Positions 26,283-36,349 of a stretch of DNA of 56,670 nucleotides are shown here, in pieces. A program made the translations under genes and the position numbers. Below the pieces are notes generated by a model. It was not told where the DNA came from. It searched no databases and worked only from the letters and a program-made list of their open reading frames with translations. How positions within the stretch are numbered: position 1 is the first letter of the stretch; each line of letters opens with the position of its first letter. The stretch comes from Bdellovibrionales bacterium (GTDB lineage Bacteria; Bdellovibrionota; Bdellovibrionia; Bdellovibrionales; Bdellovibrionaceae): assembly GCA_031370005.1 (NCBI GenBank), contig JANMPT010000101.1, positions 1-56,670 of the forward strand, given 5' to 3'.

Positions 26283-27305
26283 ATGAAGATTGCATTTTTT
26301 GATTCTCATGTATTTGAAAAGACTGCCTTTCACAAAGAAAATGAAAAATATAATCATCAAATAACTTTCTTTGAAACTCGTCTGTCAGAGCAGTCAGCGA
26401 ACTTAGCAGCGGGCTACCCTTGTATTTGCGCTTTCGTGAATGATCACCTGGATAGAAAAACTCTGCAAATTGTTTCGTCAAATGGAACTCGACTAATCGC
26501 GCTTAGGTCTGCTGGATTCAATCACGTTGATCTTAAATCAGCTCAAGAGTTTGCGCTTAAGATAGTGCGAACGCCAGAGTATTCACCTCATGCGGTCGCT
26601 GAGCACGCTGTAGCACTTATCCTTTCACTTGATAGAAAAATTCATCGCGCTTATAATCGAGTGCGTGAAGGTAATTTTTCTTTAGATGGTCTCGTCGGAT
26701 TTGATTTGTATAAAAAAACAGTTGGTATAGTGGGAACAGGCAGGATCGGATCAGTCATGGCCAAGATATTGAGCGGATTTGAATGCCATATTTTTGCAAA
26801 CGATGTCACACAAGATCCTAAACTTATAGAACTTGGTGTAAATTATGTCACACTCGATGTGCTTCTACAAAAGTCTGATATCATCACACTACATGTGCCT
26901 TTGACCCCTGAAACGCATCACCTTATCAACGAAAAGGCACTTTCTCTTACAAAGCCTGGCGTTATGATCATCAATACTGGTCGGGGGGCCCTGATAGATA
27001 CCAGGGCACTGATTCAATTTTTAAAATCTGGACACATTGGCTATGCAGGTCTGGATGTCTATGAGGAAGAGGAAGGTGTATTTTTTGAGAACCTCTCAGA
27101 ACAAATTCTTCATGATGATCAGCTCGCACGACTTCTAACATTTCCAAATGTGCTCTTAACTTCGCATCAGGCGTTCTTAACACAAGAAGCACTTTCAAAT
27201 ATTGCACAAACCACGCTTCGCAATATTTCGAATTTTGAAGATGGCCGCAGTCTTGTCAATGAAGTCCGTGCCGACAAGCATGTAAGGGGTAAGCTGAATA
27301 AATAG
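26283..27305 (+). CDS. ldhA: D-lactate dehydrogenase (D-2-hydroxyacid dehydrogenase)
   Basis: IALRSAGFNHVD, YSPHAVAEH, GTGRIG, INTGRG, LDVYEEE and TSHQAFLT motifs. Confidence 0.9.
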   Translation: MKIAFFDSHVFEKTAFHKENEKYNHQITFFETRLSEQSANLAAGYPCICAFVNDHLDRKTLQIVSSNGTRLIALRSAGFNHVDLKSAQEFALKIVRTPEYSPHAVAEHAVALILSLDRKIHRAYNRVREGNFSLDGLVGFDLYKKTVGIVGTGRIGSVMAKILSGFECHIFANDVTQDPKLIELGVNYVTLDVLLQKSDIITLHVPLTPETHHLINEKALSLTKPGVMIINTGRGALIDTRALIQFLKSGHIGYAGLDVYEEEEGVFFENLSEQILHDDQLARLLTFPNVLLTSHQAFLTQEALSNIAQTTLRNISNFEDGRSLVNEVRADKHVRGKLNK

Positions 27306-27523
27306 AAACTGCGAGCTTGTGTTAAATAACGAAGTTCTTCCGACTATACACTCTTCGATGCCTCCATAAGTATTTGAAAATACATCATTATTGACATTTT
27401 TTATAAATTGTCACAAAATCTATTTTTCACGCCTATATCGAGCAAGGATTCAATTTGTTGATTAAGAAAACTCCAGTGACGAGGAGCCGGCGCAAGTTAT
27501 GGATTTATAATAATTAATCGATC

Positions 27524-28753
27524 ATGAAGGAAAAAATGGAAATGTTCGGAAAATTCAAATGCCTTCTGGGAATTTCGCTCACATTGATATCTCTTAATTC
27601 TTTAGCTGCTGAACTATCACTCACACTTAAAGAGTTTTTAAAAAATGTTTCCGAAAATAATCTCTCGATCAAATCCGAACAGGCCACACTCGAGGCGTCG
27701 CAAGCAAAGTCTATAGGAATCAATCTTCCACCACCGATGCTTGCGCTATCGCAAATGCGAGATGCTCGCGGAAGCGCCAACAATCTTGAAATCAGTCAAA
27801 CCATTCCATTTCCCTCTAAATTATCAAATGATCATTCAGCAAGAAAGTTTGAAGCTAAGGCGCAAACGGCCAGTTTTTCAGCATTTAAAAGTGAAATTCT
27901 AGCTAACGCTCGCCAAATCTATGTCTTCACATGGCTTAATCAGGAACGTGTTAAATTTTTACGTGAAAGAAAAGACATTATTCAACAGCATTTAAAGCTC
28001 AGCAGAGCAAGCGCTAGGTCAGATTCTTTTTTAAAAATTCACGTGCTTAAAGCTGAGTCAGATCTAGATCTCCTTGATAACGAAATTCTAGAAACCGAAC
28101 AAATGACCAGAGAAAATCAAATCCGCCTCGCTGAGTTTTCGAGAAAAGACCCGGCAACTTATCTGCCCACGCTTTTAGAGCCACCACTGTCTCCCATTCC
28201 AACTCTGAGCGAAATTTCAAATCCAATGCAGCTTGAAACAAAACGGCTTGGCGTTGAAAGCCTAAAAGCACGTGAAACAGAAGCAAAAGCATCGTGGTTT
28301 CCTGACATCAATCTGCGCTACCGAGAAGCCGGTGGAGGCACAGTACAGATGGAAAAGTATAACGAGGTTATGATAGGAATCACCCTTCCCTTTGTCTATT
28401 TCTGGGAGCCCCATGCAGCATCAAAATCAGCCAGTGCAGAAAGGTATAAGGGCGAAGTTGAGTTTTCTAAAGAACAGCTGAGAATTGACTCCAGGAAGGC
28501 GACACTTCTGTCTAAGGTCGAATCTCTAAAAAAGGAAATACTTCAGATTAATGAAAAACTTCTTCCACGAGCTGAAAAACGAATGCATCTCATCCGTAAC
28601 ATTGCGCCTCGAGATATGGAATCCCTGCAAGACCATCGGGACTCCATGGAGGCCTTCCCTGTACTCAAATTAAAAGCTCTTGAATTGCGAGTGCAATTTG
28701 AAGCTGCCATTGCAGAGCTCGCAAGCTTTACTTCAACAGAGGTCTCCCCATGA
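27524..28753 (+). CDS. TolC family outer-membrane efflux protein (CusC-like)
   Basis: Signal peptide, ISQTIPFP and FPDINL...IGITLPF patterns; first gene of the efflux triad. Confidence 0.8.
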   Translation: MKEKMEMFGKFKCLLGISLTLISLNSLAAELSLTLKEFLKNVSENNLSIKSEQATLEASQAKSIGINLPPPMLALSQMRDARGSANNLEISQTIPFPSKLSNDHSARKFEAKAQTASFSAFKSEILANARQIYVFTWLNQERVKFLRERKDIIQQHLKLSRASARSDSFLKIHVLKAESDLDLLDNEILETEQMTRENQIRLAEFSRKDPATYLPTLLEPPLSPIPTLSEISNPMQLETKRLGVESLKARETEAKASWFPDINLRYREAGGGTVQMEKYNEVMIGITLPFVYFWEPHAASKSASAERYKGEVEFSKEQLRIDSRKATLLSKVESLKKEILQINEKLLPRAEKRMHLIRNIAPRDMESLQDHRDSMEAFPVLKLKALELRVQFEAAIAELASFTSTEVSP

Positions 28754-29670
28754 AAAAAACACTTCTTGGAATAATTCTCGTAGGAGCAATCCTTGTCATT
28801 TGGGCTGCAAAAAATTATTCCAATAAACAGGCAGAGAAAGTTAATTTTGCTCCCGTGCAAACAGAAGTCCCGAGCTACTGGACGTGTCCAATGCATCCAC
28901 AAATTCATTCCGAACATGCGGGCGAATGTCCAATCTGCCATATGAAGTTGATTCAGGTTAAGGCCAAGCAGTCAAAACCTTCAGAAACCAGCCGAGCTCA
29001 GGTTGAGGTTTCACAAGATCAGCTGGGTCTCCTTGGTATTCAGAAGGAGCAAGTCGAACGCATGGATCTCAAAATTTTGATTCCGATTTCGGGCAGGCTA
29101 ATCTCAAATTCAAATGTTGCATTTCAAGTTTATGAAAGCGATCTGAAGTATATTAAACCCGGATTGCAGTTTCGCGGCAGCTCGAGTCTCGCCGAAGAAA
29201 CCGATCTTTCCGGGCGTATTACATCTGTTGATCCCATTGTGGATCCAACAAGCCGCACCGTCCGTGTCATTGGTGCTTTACTTAAAGCTCCAAAAGGACT
29301 TATTTCAGAAACAACATTTAGTGGTGTCGTCACTGTTGATCTTAAGAATCGCGTGAGTATTCCCGAAAGCTCAGTTCTGCATACTGGAATGAGTGATTTC
29401 GTGTATGTCTTTAGCGATGGAAATCGCCTAACAGCTCAACCCGTCAAACTTGGTCTCAAATCTGAAGGTTTTTATGAAGTTCTGTCTGGAGTTGAAGTCG
29501 GGCAATTTATCAGCTCAGGTCCTAATTTTTTAATCGATTCGGAGGCGAAAATACGCGGAGCCTCAGAGCCAGCGCCTGGGGAAACAAAGTCATCAAATCC
29601 CTCTTGCCCTCCTGGTCAGCACTGGGACATTCCAATGACAATGTGTATGCCTGGTAAGGCAAGCAAATGA
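28750..29670 (+). CDS. cusB: RND efflux periplasmic adaptor (CusB-like, short) with heavy-metal-binding domain
   Basis: YWTCPMHP...CPICHMKL, DPTSRTVRV and FLIDSEAK motifs; between the TolC and CusA genes with overlapping stop/start codons. Confidence 0.85.
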   Translation: MKKTLLGIILVGAILVIWAAKNYSNKQAEKVNFAPVQTEVPSYWTCPMHPQIHSEHAGECPICHMKLIQVKAKQSKPSETSRAQVEVSQDQLGLLGIQKEQVERMDLKILIPISGRLISNSNVAFQVYESDLKYIKPGLQFRGSSSLAEETDLSGRITSVDPIVDPTSRTVRVIGALLKAPKGLISETTFSGVVTVDLKNRVSIPESSVLHTGMSDFVYVFSDGNRLTAQPVKLGLKSEGFYEVLSGVEVGQFISSGPNFLIDSEAKIRGASEPAPGETKSSNPSCPPGQHWDIPMTMCMPGKASK

Positions 29671-32600
29671 TCAAAAAGATCATTGAGTTCTCAGCTCACA
29701 ATCGATTTCTAGTGCTCGCTGTCACTTTTGTTTTTATGCTACTTGGAGCCTATTCTCTTAACCGAATTCCGCTTGATGCGATTCCGGACCTTTCTGATAC
29801 TCAAGTTATAATTTACTCAAAATGGGATCGCTCTCCAGACATTGTTGAGAATCAAGTTACTTACCCAATCGTCTCTTCTATGCTTGGAGCGCCAAAAGTA
29901 AAATCCGTTCGTGGGTTTTCAGACTACGGGTTTTCTTATGTTTATGTGATTTTTGAAGATGGAGTTGATCTCTACTGGGCCCGAAGCCGCGTACTTGAGA
30001 GTATGAATCGGATCGCAGCTCAAATTCCAACTGGAGTAAAAACAGAAATCGGCCCTGACGCAACTAGCGTAGGTTGGATTTATCAATACGCACTTAAAGA
30101 CACGTCGGGGCGATTTAACTCTGGGGACCTTCGCTCAATGCAAGACTGGCTGATTCGCTTTCAACTTCAGTCGACTCCAGGAGTCGCCGAAGTCGCAGCT
30201 GTCGGTGGCTTTGTAAAGCAATATCAAATCAAAGTGAACCCAACAAAGCTTGCACAATTTCAAATCACCATGAATGACGTGATAATGGCTGTGAGGAACT
30301 CAAATCAAGAAAGTGGCGGCAGAACCATTGAGTTTTCTGGAACCGAAGCCATGGTCAGAAGTCGCGCTCTTGTTGACAAGGTTGAAGACATTGAGAATGC
30401 AGTTGTGATCTATAACCCACGGAGTCGCGCCCCTATTCTTGTAAAACAAGTGGCCACTGTTTCCATTGGTCCTGAGATGCGCAGAGGGATTACTGATTTT
30501 AATGGCATTGGGGACACTGTCGGCGGGATTGTCATTATGAGGCAAGGTGAAGACGTTCCTGCCGTCACAAAAAAAGTTAAAGAAAAGCTATCAGAAATTC
30601 AAAAAGCACTGCCAGATGGTGTAAAAATAGTTTCCGTATATGACCGCTCAACACTGATTGATCGAGCGATGGAAACCTTAAAAGGTACTCTTTTAGAAGA
30701 GCTCATAATTGTAAGCCTCATTATTCTTATTTTCCTTTGGCATATTCCCTCAGCCCTTGTGCCCATTATCACAATCCCAATTTCAGTGCTGCTCGCCTTT
30801 ATCCCGCTTTATTTTCTTGGCCTGAGCTCGAATATCATGTCACTTTCTGGGATTGCGATTTCTATTGGAGTGCTTGTCGACGGCGCCATCGTTGAGGTAG
30901 AAAATGCTTATCGGAAAATACAACACTGGGATGCCGAAGGGCGAAAAGGAGACTTCTTTCAGGTTCGCTTAAGTGCTTTGACTGAGGTTGGCCCATCAGT
31001 TTTTTTCTCTTTACTGTTAATTGCTGTGGCATTCTTGCCAATTTTTACACTCGTCGATCAAGAAGGAAAATTGTTTAGGCCGCTTGCCTTTTCTAAAACT
31101 TTTGCAATGGCAATTGCAGGAATTTTAGCCATCACTCTTGATCCTGCAATTCGAATGCTCTTTGCTAGAAGCGAGAAGTTTAAAACTAAAAGTCCACTTT
31201 TAAATAGAATTGGAAATGCTACACTTGTTGGTACTTACTATTCAGAACATCAGCATCCAATCAGCAAAAGACTTTTTAAAATTTATGAGCCTATAATTGA
31301 CTGGGTTCTGCGGCACAAGAAAAAAACGCTCACATTTGCATTCATGGGTATTTTATCAATTATACCAGGGTTTATGCTTTTAGGATCAGAATTTATGCCG
31401 ACCCTTCACGAGGGAAGCCTTCTATACATGCCCACCGCATTGCCTGGTATTTCAGTAAGTGAGGCCCAACGAGTACTCACCCTTCAGGATCAGATTTTAA
31501 AAACATTTCCTGAGGTTGACACTGTTTTTGGCAAAGCCGGCAGAGCCGACACCTCAACTGATACAGCACCCTTAAGTATGGTTGAAACAACCATTACTCT
31601 AAAGCCTTCCTCTGAATGGAGAAAAGAAAAAAGATGGTATTCTTTTTTACCAAGCTTCCTAAAATCGCCATTTGCAAGAATTTGGCCTGAAACAATCAGC
31701 GAAGAAAAGCTCATTGATGAAATGAATGAGAAGTTAAATTTCATCGGGATGCCCAACATCTGGACCATGCCGATAAAAAACCGGATTGATATGCTTTCAA
31801 CAGGCATTCGAAGCGCCATCGGCATCAAGATATTTGGAGAGGATCTAAAAGTCATTCAAGGCATCGGCGAACAAATCGAGAAAGAACTAAGATCAGTTAA
31901 TGGAACGCGTTCCGTGATTGCCGAGCGAATTGCAGCTGGTTATTTCCTAGATATCGATTTTGACAGAGAGAGGTTAAAAATTTATGGCCTCTCTGTCAAA
32001 GATGCCCAAGACCAAGCCATGATTTCTATTGGCGGTGAGAATGTTTCCCAAATTTTAGCCGGTCGTGAGCGCTATCCGATACAAGTGCGTTTAGCACCCA
32101 GCTTCAGACAAGATCTTGAAATGATAAAGCGCACGCTCATCACGACACCAACAGGCGCCCAGATTTCATTAAGTGAAATAGCGAAAGTCCATTTTAAAAA
32201 TGGCCCGTCGATGATTCGCGATGAAAATGCTCAATTAGTTGGTTATGTCTATATCGACATCGATCCTGATAAAGTTGATATTGGTACATATGTTGATCAC
32301 GCCAAGGCTGTATTAAATAGTAAAATTCAAATCCCAAGCGGTTACTTGATTTCGTGGAGTGGTCAGTTTGAAAACATGGCTCGGGTGAAAGAGCGGATGA
32401 AAATTGTTATCCCCATTACTCTTTTCTTAATCCTATTTCTTCTTTATTTTAATACAAAGTCATGGGTAAAAACTGGGATCGTATTGCTGGCAGTACCCTT
32501 CTCGCTAATTGGAGCAGTTTGGCTTTTGGTCTTCTTAGGATATAATCTTTCAATTGCAGCTTGGGTGGGGATGATCGCACTTTTAGGACTAGATGCCGAA

Positions 32601-32930
32601 ACCGGTGTATTTATGCTTTTGTACCTTGATCTTGCATTCGATGATCGGGTGCGCGCAGGGAAAATGCGAAACCTTGAAGATCTAAAACACTCGGTGATCG
32701 AAGGTGCTGTTCATCGAGTGCGCCCAAAGCTAATGACGGTGGCTGCGCTCTTTATGGGACTCATTCCAATCATGTGGTCTCTTGGCGCAGGCTCTGACGT
32801 CATGAAGCGAATTGCGGCCCCTATGATCGGTGGCCTCATAAGTTCTTTTCTTTTGGAACTTCTGATTTACCCCGTCATATTCTTTCTTTGGAAAGCCAAG
32901 GTCGCAAACTATTCGGTTGATAGAAAATAA
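29667..32930 (+). CDS. cusA: CusA family Cu/Ag RND efflux pump
   Basis: LDAIPDLSDTQVI, GPDATSVGW, EFMPTLHEGSLLYMP and TAPLSMVET (Met triad typical of CusA). Confidence 0.95.
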   Translation: MIKKIIEFSAHNRFLVLAVTFVFMLLGAYSLNRIPLDAIPDLSDTQVIIYSKWDRSPDIVENQVTYPIVSSMLGAPKVKSVRGFSDYGFSYVYVIFEDGVDLYWARSRVLESMNRIAAQIPTGVKTEIGPDATSVGWIYQYALKDTSGRFNSGDLRSMQDWLIRFQLQSTPGVAEVAAVGGFVKQYQIKVNPTKLAQFQITMNDVIMAVRNSNQESGGRTIEFSGTEAMVRSRALVDKVEDIENAVVIYNPRSRAPILVKQVATVSIGPEMRRGITDFNGIGDTVGGIVIMRQGEDVPAVTKKVKEKLSEIQKALPDGVKIVSVYDRSTLIDRAMETLKGTLLEELIIVSLIILIFLWHIPSALVPIITIPISVLLAFIPLYFLGLSSNIMSLSGIAISIGVLVDGAIVEVENAYRKIQHWDAEGRKGDFFQVRLSALTEVGPSVFFSLLLIAVAFLPIFTLVDQEGKLFRPLAFSKTFAMAIAGILAITLDPAIRMLFARSEKFKTKSPLLNRIGNATLVGTYYSEHQHPISKRLFKIYEPIIDWVLRHKKKTLTFAFMGILSIIPGFMLLGSEFMPTLHEGSLLYMPTALPGISVSEAQRVLTLQDQILKTFPEVDTVFGKAGRADTSTDTAPLSMVETTITLKPSSEWRKEKRWYSFLPSFLKSPFARIWPETISEEKLIDEMNEKLNFIGMPNIWTMPIKNRIDMLSTGIRSAIGIKIFGEDLKVIQGIGEQIEKELRSVNGTRSVIAERIAAGYFLDIDFDRERLKIYGLSVKDAQDQAMISIGGENVSQILAGRERYPIQVRLAPSFRQDLEMIKRTLITTPTGAQISLSEIAKVHFKNGPSMIRDENAQLVGYVYIDIDPDKVDIGTYVDHAKAVLNSKIQIPSGYLISWSGQFENMARVKERMKIVIPITLFLILFLLYFNTKSWVKTGIVLLAVPFSLIGAVWLLVFLGYNLSIAAWVGMIALLGLDAETGVFMLLYLDLAFDDRVRAGKMRNLEDLKHSVIEGAVHRVRPKLMTVAALFMGLIPIMWSLGAGSDVMKRIAAPMIGGLISSFLLELLIYPVIFFLWKAKVANYSVDRK

Positions 32931-32999
32931 CATCCACATGGCTATTTTTCGTTTCATTTCGAGACAAAAAAACCACCATTTTGGAGAACTGCATTTGTC

Positions 33000-33027
33000 T
33001 CAAGATTCCCAGACTATTGTCCGATAT
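33000..33027 (+). promoter_or_regulatory. Possible sigma28-type promoter
   Basis: TCAAG-N15-TCCGATAT upstream of 33049; spacing is 1 bp longer than the enterobacterial consensus. Confidence 0.4.
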
Positions 33028-33048
33028 AATAGATACAGGGGATGAATC

Positions 33049-34449
33049 ATGAAATATCTATCTAAAAATATAGTTATTGGGCTTATTTTTTTAAGTTCCA
33101 CTTATGTTTTTGCGGACGCTTCTGCGGAGCCTCCTGCTGAGCCAGAAGGTTTTAATACGAAAGAGGCCCTGTTTGCGCTCAATTCTTTAAAAACTGCAGT
33201 TGATACCTCTGGATGCACTATTAACACAAAGTCAGATACGAATATCCTTGAAAAGGATATCAAAAACTACCAAGTGAATCAAAAAGATTGCGCAATTCGA
33301 GAAGATAAGGCGAATACATTTTGTATGGAGAGTCGAAATCCTGATGTAAAGCAATATTTAGTGATCGCTCAAGTGTTGATGGGCGGAGTCTCTGGTATGT
33401 CAGATGCCTGCAGTAAATTTGCTCAGGTAATGGATGCAGGCAATAAGATGCTCACTGGATATATGGCCCTTTGTAGCTCTTGGCGTGGATACTGTAATTC
33501 AGCGTGTGGAGCGGCTACAAAAAATATTAAAGATGCAAAAACACACTCGCAGACCTGGGTTAAAAATGTAAAAACACTCGCTGGCGAAAAGGCCGCCAAT
33601 CCACAAGACCCGGAAAAAGTAGCCTGTGGCACTCTTGCCGAAAGCTTTGAAGGACGCGTCGATGTCGCCAGAAAAGAGTTCCTTGATCGTGAACTCAAAA
33701 CCGGCGGCAATGACTATAAGTCCGTGGCAAAAAAACTTGAAACTTGCCAGGGCTATGCAAAGGAACTCGCATCAGCCGGAGTCGGCCTATTGGGGATGGC
33801 AAAATCATTTGGCCAAGCAAATCAGTGTGATAAAAGTACATCTAATACAGCTCCCACTCCTGTGGACTGTACCGTGCCTGAAAATAAACAAAACAATATG
33901 ACTTGTATTTGCCAGGACGCGCCTCGCACCCAAGGTTGCAACTCAGGCCTTGATAATGCAATGGCGGCAAAAGGTGCGGACTCATTAAGAAGTGCGAGCA
34001 CAAGCGACTATACTCCAGCGACATCCTCCGTAAACCCAGGAGTTGATGGCGGCAGTGGCGGAGCCAATCTTGCTAGTAAATCAGACACGTCCGGCGGGGG
34101 TTTGCCAGGAGCTCCGGCTGGTGGAAAAGCAGCGGGCATTGATGGCGGCAGTGGCACTAATGGTGGAGCAGGATCTGGAGCGGCAGCAAAAGCCTCGGGT
34201 CTCAATACAAATATACTTGGTGGAGAAGGCGGCGGTGGTGGGGGCGGCGGCCGGAGTGGGACAGGCTATGGAGTCGACGGCGGCAACAGCCTCCGCCAAT
34301 ATCTCCCCGGTGGAATTAAAGATCCAACTGCGTTGGCCGGACAAGGTGCTGTGGTAAGCAAAGAAGTGACTTCTCAAGGCGGAAAATCTAATTGGGAGAA
34401 AGTTCGTGAGCGCTATCGTGATAATAAACCAAGTTTATTGGGGTATTAA
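33049..34449 (+). CDS. Exported Cys-rich / Gly-rich hypothetical protein
   Basis: Signal peptide, Cys-rich helical N-terminal half, long Gly/Ser linker, short C-terminal helix SNWEKVRERY. Confidence 0.8.
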   Translation: MKYLSKNIVIGLIFLSSTYVFADASAEPPAEPEGFNTKEALFALNSLKTAVDTSGCTINTKSDTNILEKDIKNYQVNQKDCAIREDKANTFCMESRNPDVKQYLVIAQVLMGGVSGMSDACSKFAQVMDAGNKMLTGYMALCSSWRGYCNSACGAATKNIKDAKTHSQTWVKNVKTLAGEKAANPQDPEKVACGTLAESFEGRVDVARKEFLDRELKTGGNDYKSVAKKLETCQGYAKELASAGVGLLGMAKSFGQANQCDKSTSNTAPTPVDCTVPENKQNNMTCICQDAPRTQGCNSGLDNAMAAKGADSLRSASTSDYTPATSSVNPGVDGGSGGANLASKSDTSGGGLPGAPAGGKAAGIDGGSGTNGGAGSGAAAKASGLNTNILGGEGGGGGGGGRSGTGYGVDGGNSLRQYLPGGIKDPTALAGQGAVVSKEVTSQGGKSNWEKVRERYRDNKPSLLGY

Positions 34450-34452
34450 TTT

Positions 34453-35334
34453 ATGAAAAAAATCAAAGTCTCTCTGATCACAATTGCTCTCACGTTAACT
34501 TCAACCAGCTATGGCGGCTCTATCACTGAATCTGCAGATTCAACAAAATCATCAAATGCCATGGGCCAATTGCTGAATGTGGCAATGGGTGCTGCAAATT
34601 TAGGTATGGCAAAGGCCTGCGCGGCCAGTTGTGGGTCTGGCGGATGTTGCCCCATGGCCCCAGTTTATTTTCTAATGGGTATGCAAAACTTAATGCAAGC
34701 AGCTGCACAGGGAAACACGGCTGGACAAGCCGGTGGAGCTGTCGGTTTGACCGATACAGGTTTTGGCACGAGTGGCTATGATCCCAATGCCGTAAATGCA
34801 CTTAAAAATGATCCTGAAGTTAAAGCAGGCACGGACTTTATCGCCACTGTTTCTAAAGGGGGAGCGGGATTCACTTATGATCCAAAAACTGGAACAGTGA
34901 CGACGGCGAGTGGCAAGACTCTCAAAGGTAGTGATGTGAATAGTGCAGGCGCAATGGAATCTGCCGGCATTCCTAAAAGTGTTATTGATGTAATTGGAAA
35001 CGTGGAAAAAGACATTGCCGCAAAGGCCGCAAAAAAAATTGGCAAATTAAGTTTTGCATCAACCTCCAGTGAGGAAGCTGGTGGTGGTAGCGGCGGCAGT
35101 AGCGCTTCCACCTCTTCAAACGATGACTCCTCCGCAAGCAATGCTATAGCCCACCCCTCAGGGCTTGGTATCGATCGTGATCCCGCCCAAGTGGCTGGAA
35201 TGCAAAAAAACTTTAACGGCGAACCTATCGGTGTGGCCGGTGATAGCATCTTTAAAATGATGACACGTCGATATAAAACAAAGGAAGCCCAGAGCAGCTT
35301 TTTAGATGAGTCCGAGCTTTTAATACAAAAATAA
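34453..35334 (+). CDS. Exported Gly/Ser-rich hypothetical protein
   Basis: Signal peptide, hydrophobic hairpin around CAASCGSGGCC, Gly/Ser linker, C-terminal SIFKMMTRRY. Confidence 0.8.
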   Translation: MKKIKVSLITIALTLTSTSYGGSITESADSTKSSNAMGQLLNVAMGAANLGMAKACAASCGSGGCCPMAPVYFLMGMQNLMQAAAQGNTAGQAGGAVGLTDTGFGTSGYDPNAVNALKNDPEVKAGTDFIATVSKGGAGFTYDPKTGTVTTASGKTLKGSDVNSAGAMESAGIPKSVIDVIGNVEKDIAAKAAKKIGKLSFASTSSEEAGGGSGGSSASTSSNDDSSASNAIAHPSGLGIDRDPAQVAGMQKNFNGEPIGVAGDSIFKMMTRRYKTKEAQSSFLDESELLIQK

Positions 35335-35341
35335 TAGCCGC

Positions 35342-36349
35342 TTAATTATTCTCTAAAAAAATCAGATCTTGAGCCTCGGTCCCCGTCGCCACATGAACCC
35401 TGTCCCCGATAACGACGTTCTTAAGCTTCGATGAAGTTTTGATTTTACTTTGAGCGCCCAACACCACAAAGCCAGATAAATGTGTCTCTTTTTCAATTAC
35501 ACTGCTTGCTGTTCGCAGGCTGATTAAACCTTCCGTAGATTCAATGATAGGAGCCTCTTGGCTAAATCTTTCAAGGGTTCGACGCAGATACTTCTGCGCA
35601 TAACTATCTGACTTATTAGCAAGAATACTGAGAGCCTCCCCGGTAGCTTTCAAAAAATCCATGGGATTTCCTGTCTCGTACCAGTGACAATCTACTTTGT
35701 AGCGTTCGACTAAGAGGTCATCTTGAATAGCCTTTGTTACGGCATCATAAAGAATATTCGAAGGAGTGCCAGTCGGAAGATATTCAAAAATCTTCCCCGA
35801 CAGAATTTGAACGCCGATAAAGTGCTCTGCTTTAATACACCCAACGCCAGGAGTGTTTTTACCGAAGCCGCGAACTTTGTTTTCATGGTCCAGCCATACC
35901 CCGCCGAACTTCGTACCGACACCTTCATGGTCCATTGTGAGTAGAGTGCAAAAAGCTTTATTTTTTTGATGCTGCTCAAGAGCTTTGGCAAGAAGGCCTT
36001 TTTCTAAGGGCAAAATTACCTCGTCGGCATTCATCATAATCAAATTGTCGTTGGCCTTGAAGTACTCCCTCGCTGCGCCTAATCCGCCACCACTTCCAAG
36101 CATCTGATCAACCTCATGGGAGAAATACAGCCGGCGAGCCCCATGATTCATTTGCACAAATAAATCAACAATCTTTGTTGGCAAATAAAAAGTGTTGACC
36201 ACAAGACGATTGATTTTCAAATCTTCTAAAAAAGCAAGAGGGTATGCGGCCAGTGGGATATTGAGAAAGGGGATTGCGGGTTTCGGACGGTGCAAAGTAT
36301 AAGGCCGCAGACGAGCCCCTTCACCCGCTGCAAGCAACATGAGGTTCAT
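35342..36349 (-). CDS. Sugar-phosphate nucleotidyltransferase, MurU-like
   Basis: LLAAGEGARLRPYT..PKP and LGSGGGL motifs; coupled to the AmgK-like kinase gene. Confidence 0.8.
   Translation of the reverse strand: MNLMLLAAGEGARLRPYTLHRPKPAIPFLNIPLAAYPLAFLEDLKINRLVVNTFYLPTKIVDLFVQMNHGARRLYFSHEVDQMLGSGGGLGAAREYFKANDNLIMMNADEVILPLEKGLLAKALEQHQKNKAFCTLLTMDHEGVGTKFGGVWLDHENKVRGFGKNTPGVGCIKAEHFIGVQILSGKIFEYLPTGTPSNILYDAVTKAIQDDLLVERYKVDCHWYETGNPMDFLKATGEALSILANKSDSYAQKYLRRTLERFSQEAPIIESTEGLISLRTASSVIEKETHLSGFVVLGAQSKIKTSSKLKNVVIGDRVHVATGTEAQDLIFLENN

Noticed and set aside
27409..27435. Third full ECF promoter before the cus operon
   Set aside because: TGTCACA is present, but the CG element lies at N14 rather than N16. 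Mentioned only as weak support and not called as a feature.
34043..34155. 17-bp direct repeat TTGATGGCGGCAGTGGC
   Set aside because: Encodes DGGSG twice within a Gly-rich linker; this is coding low complexity, not a DNA element.
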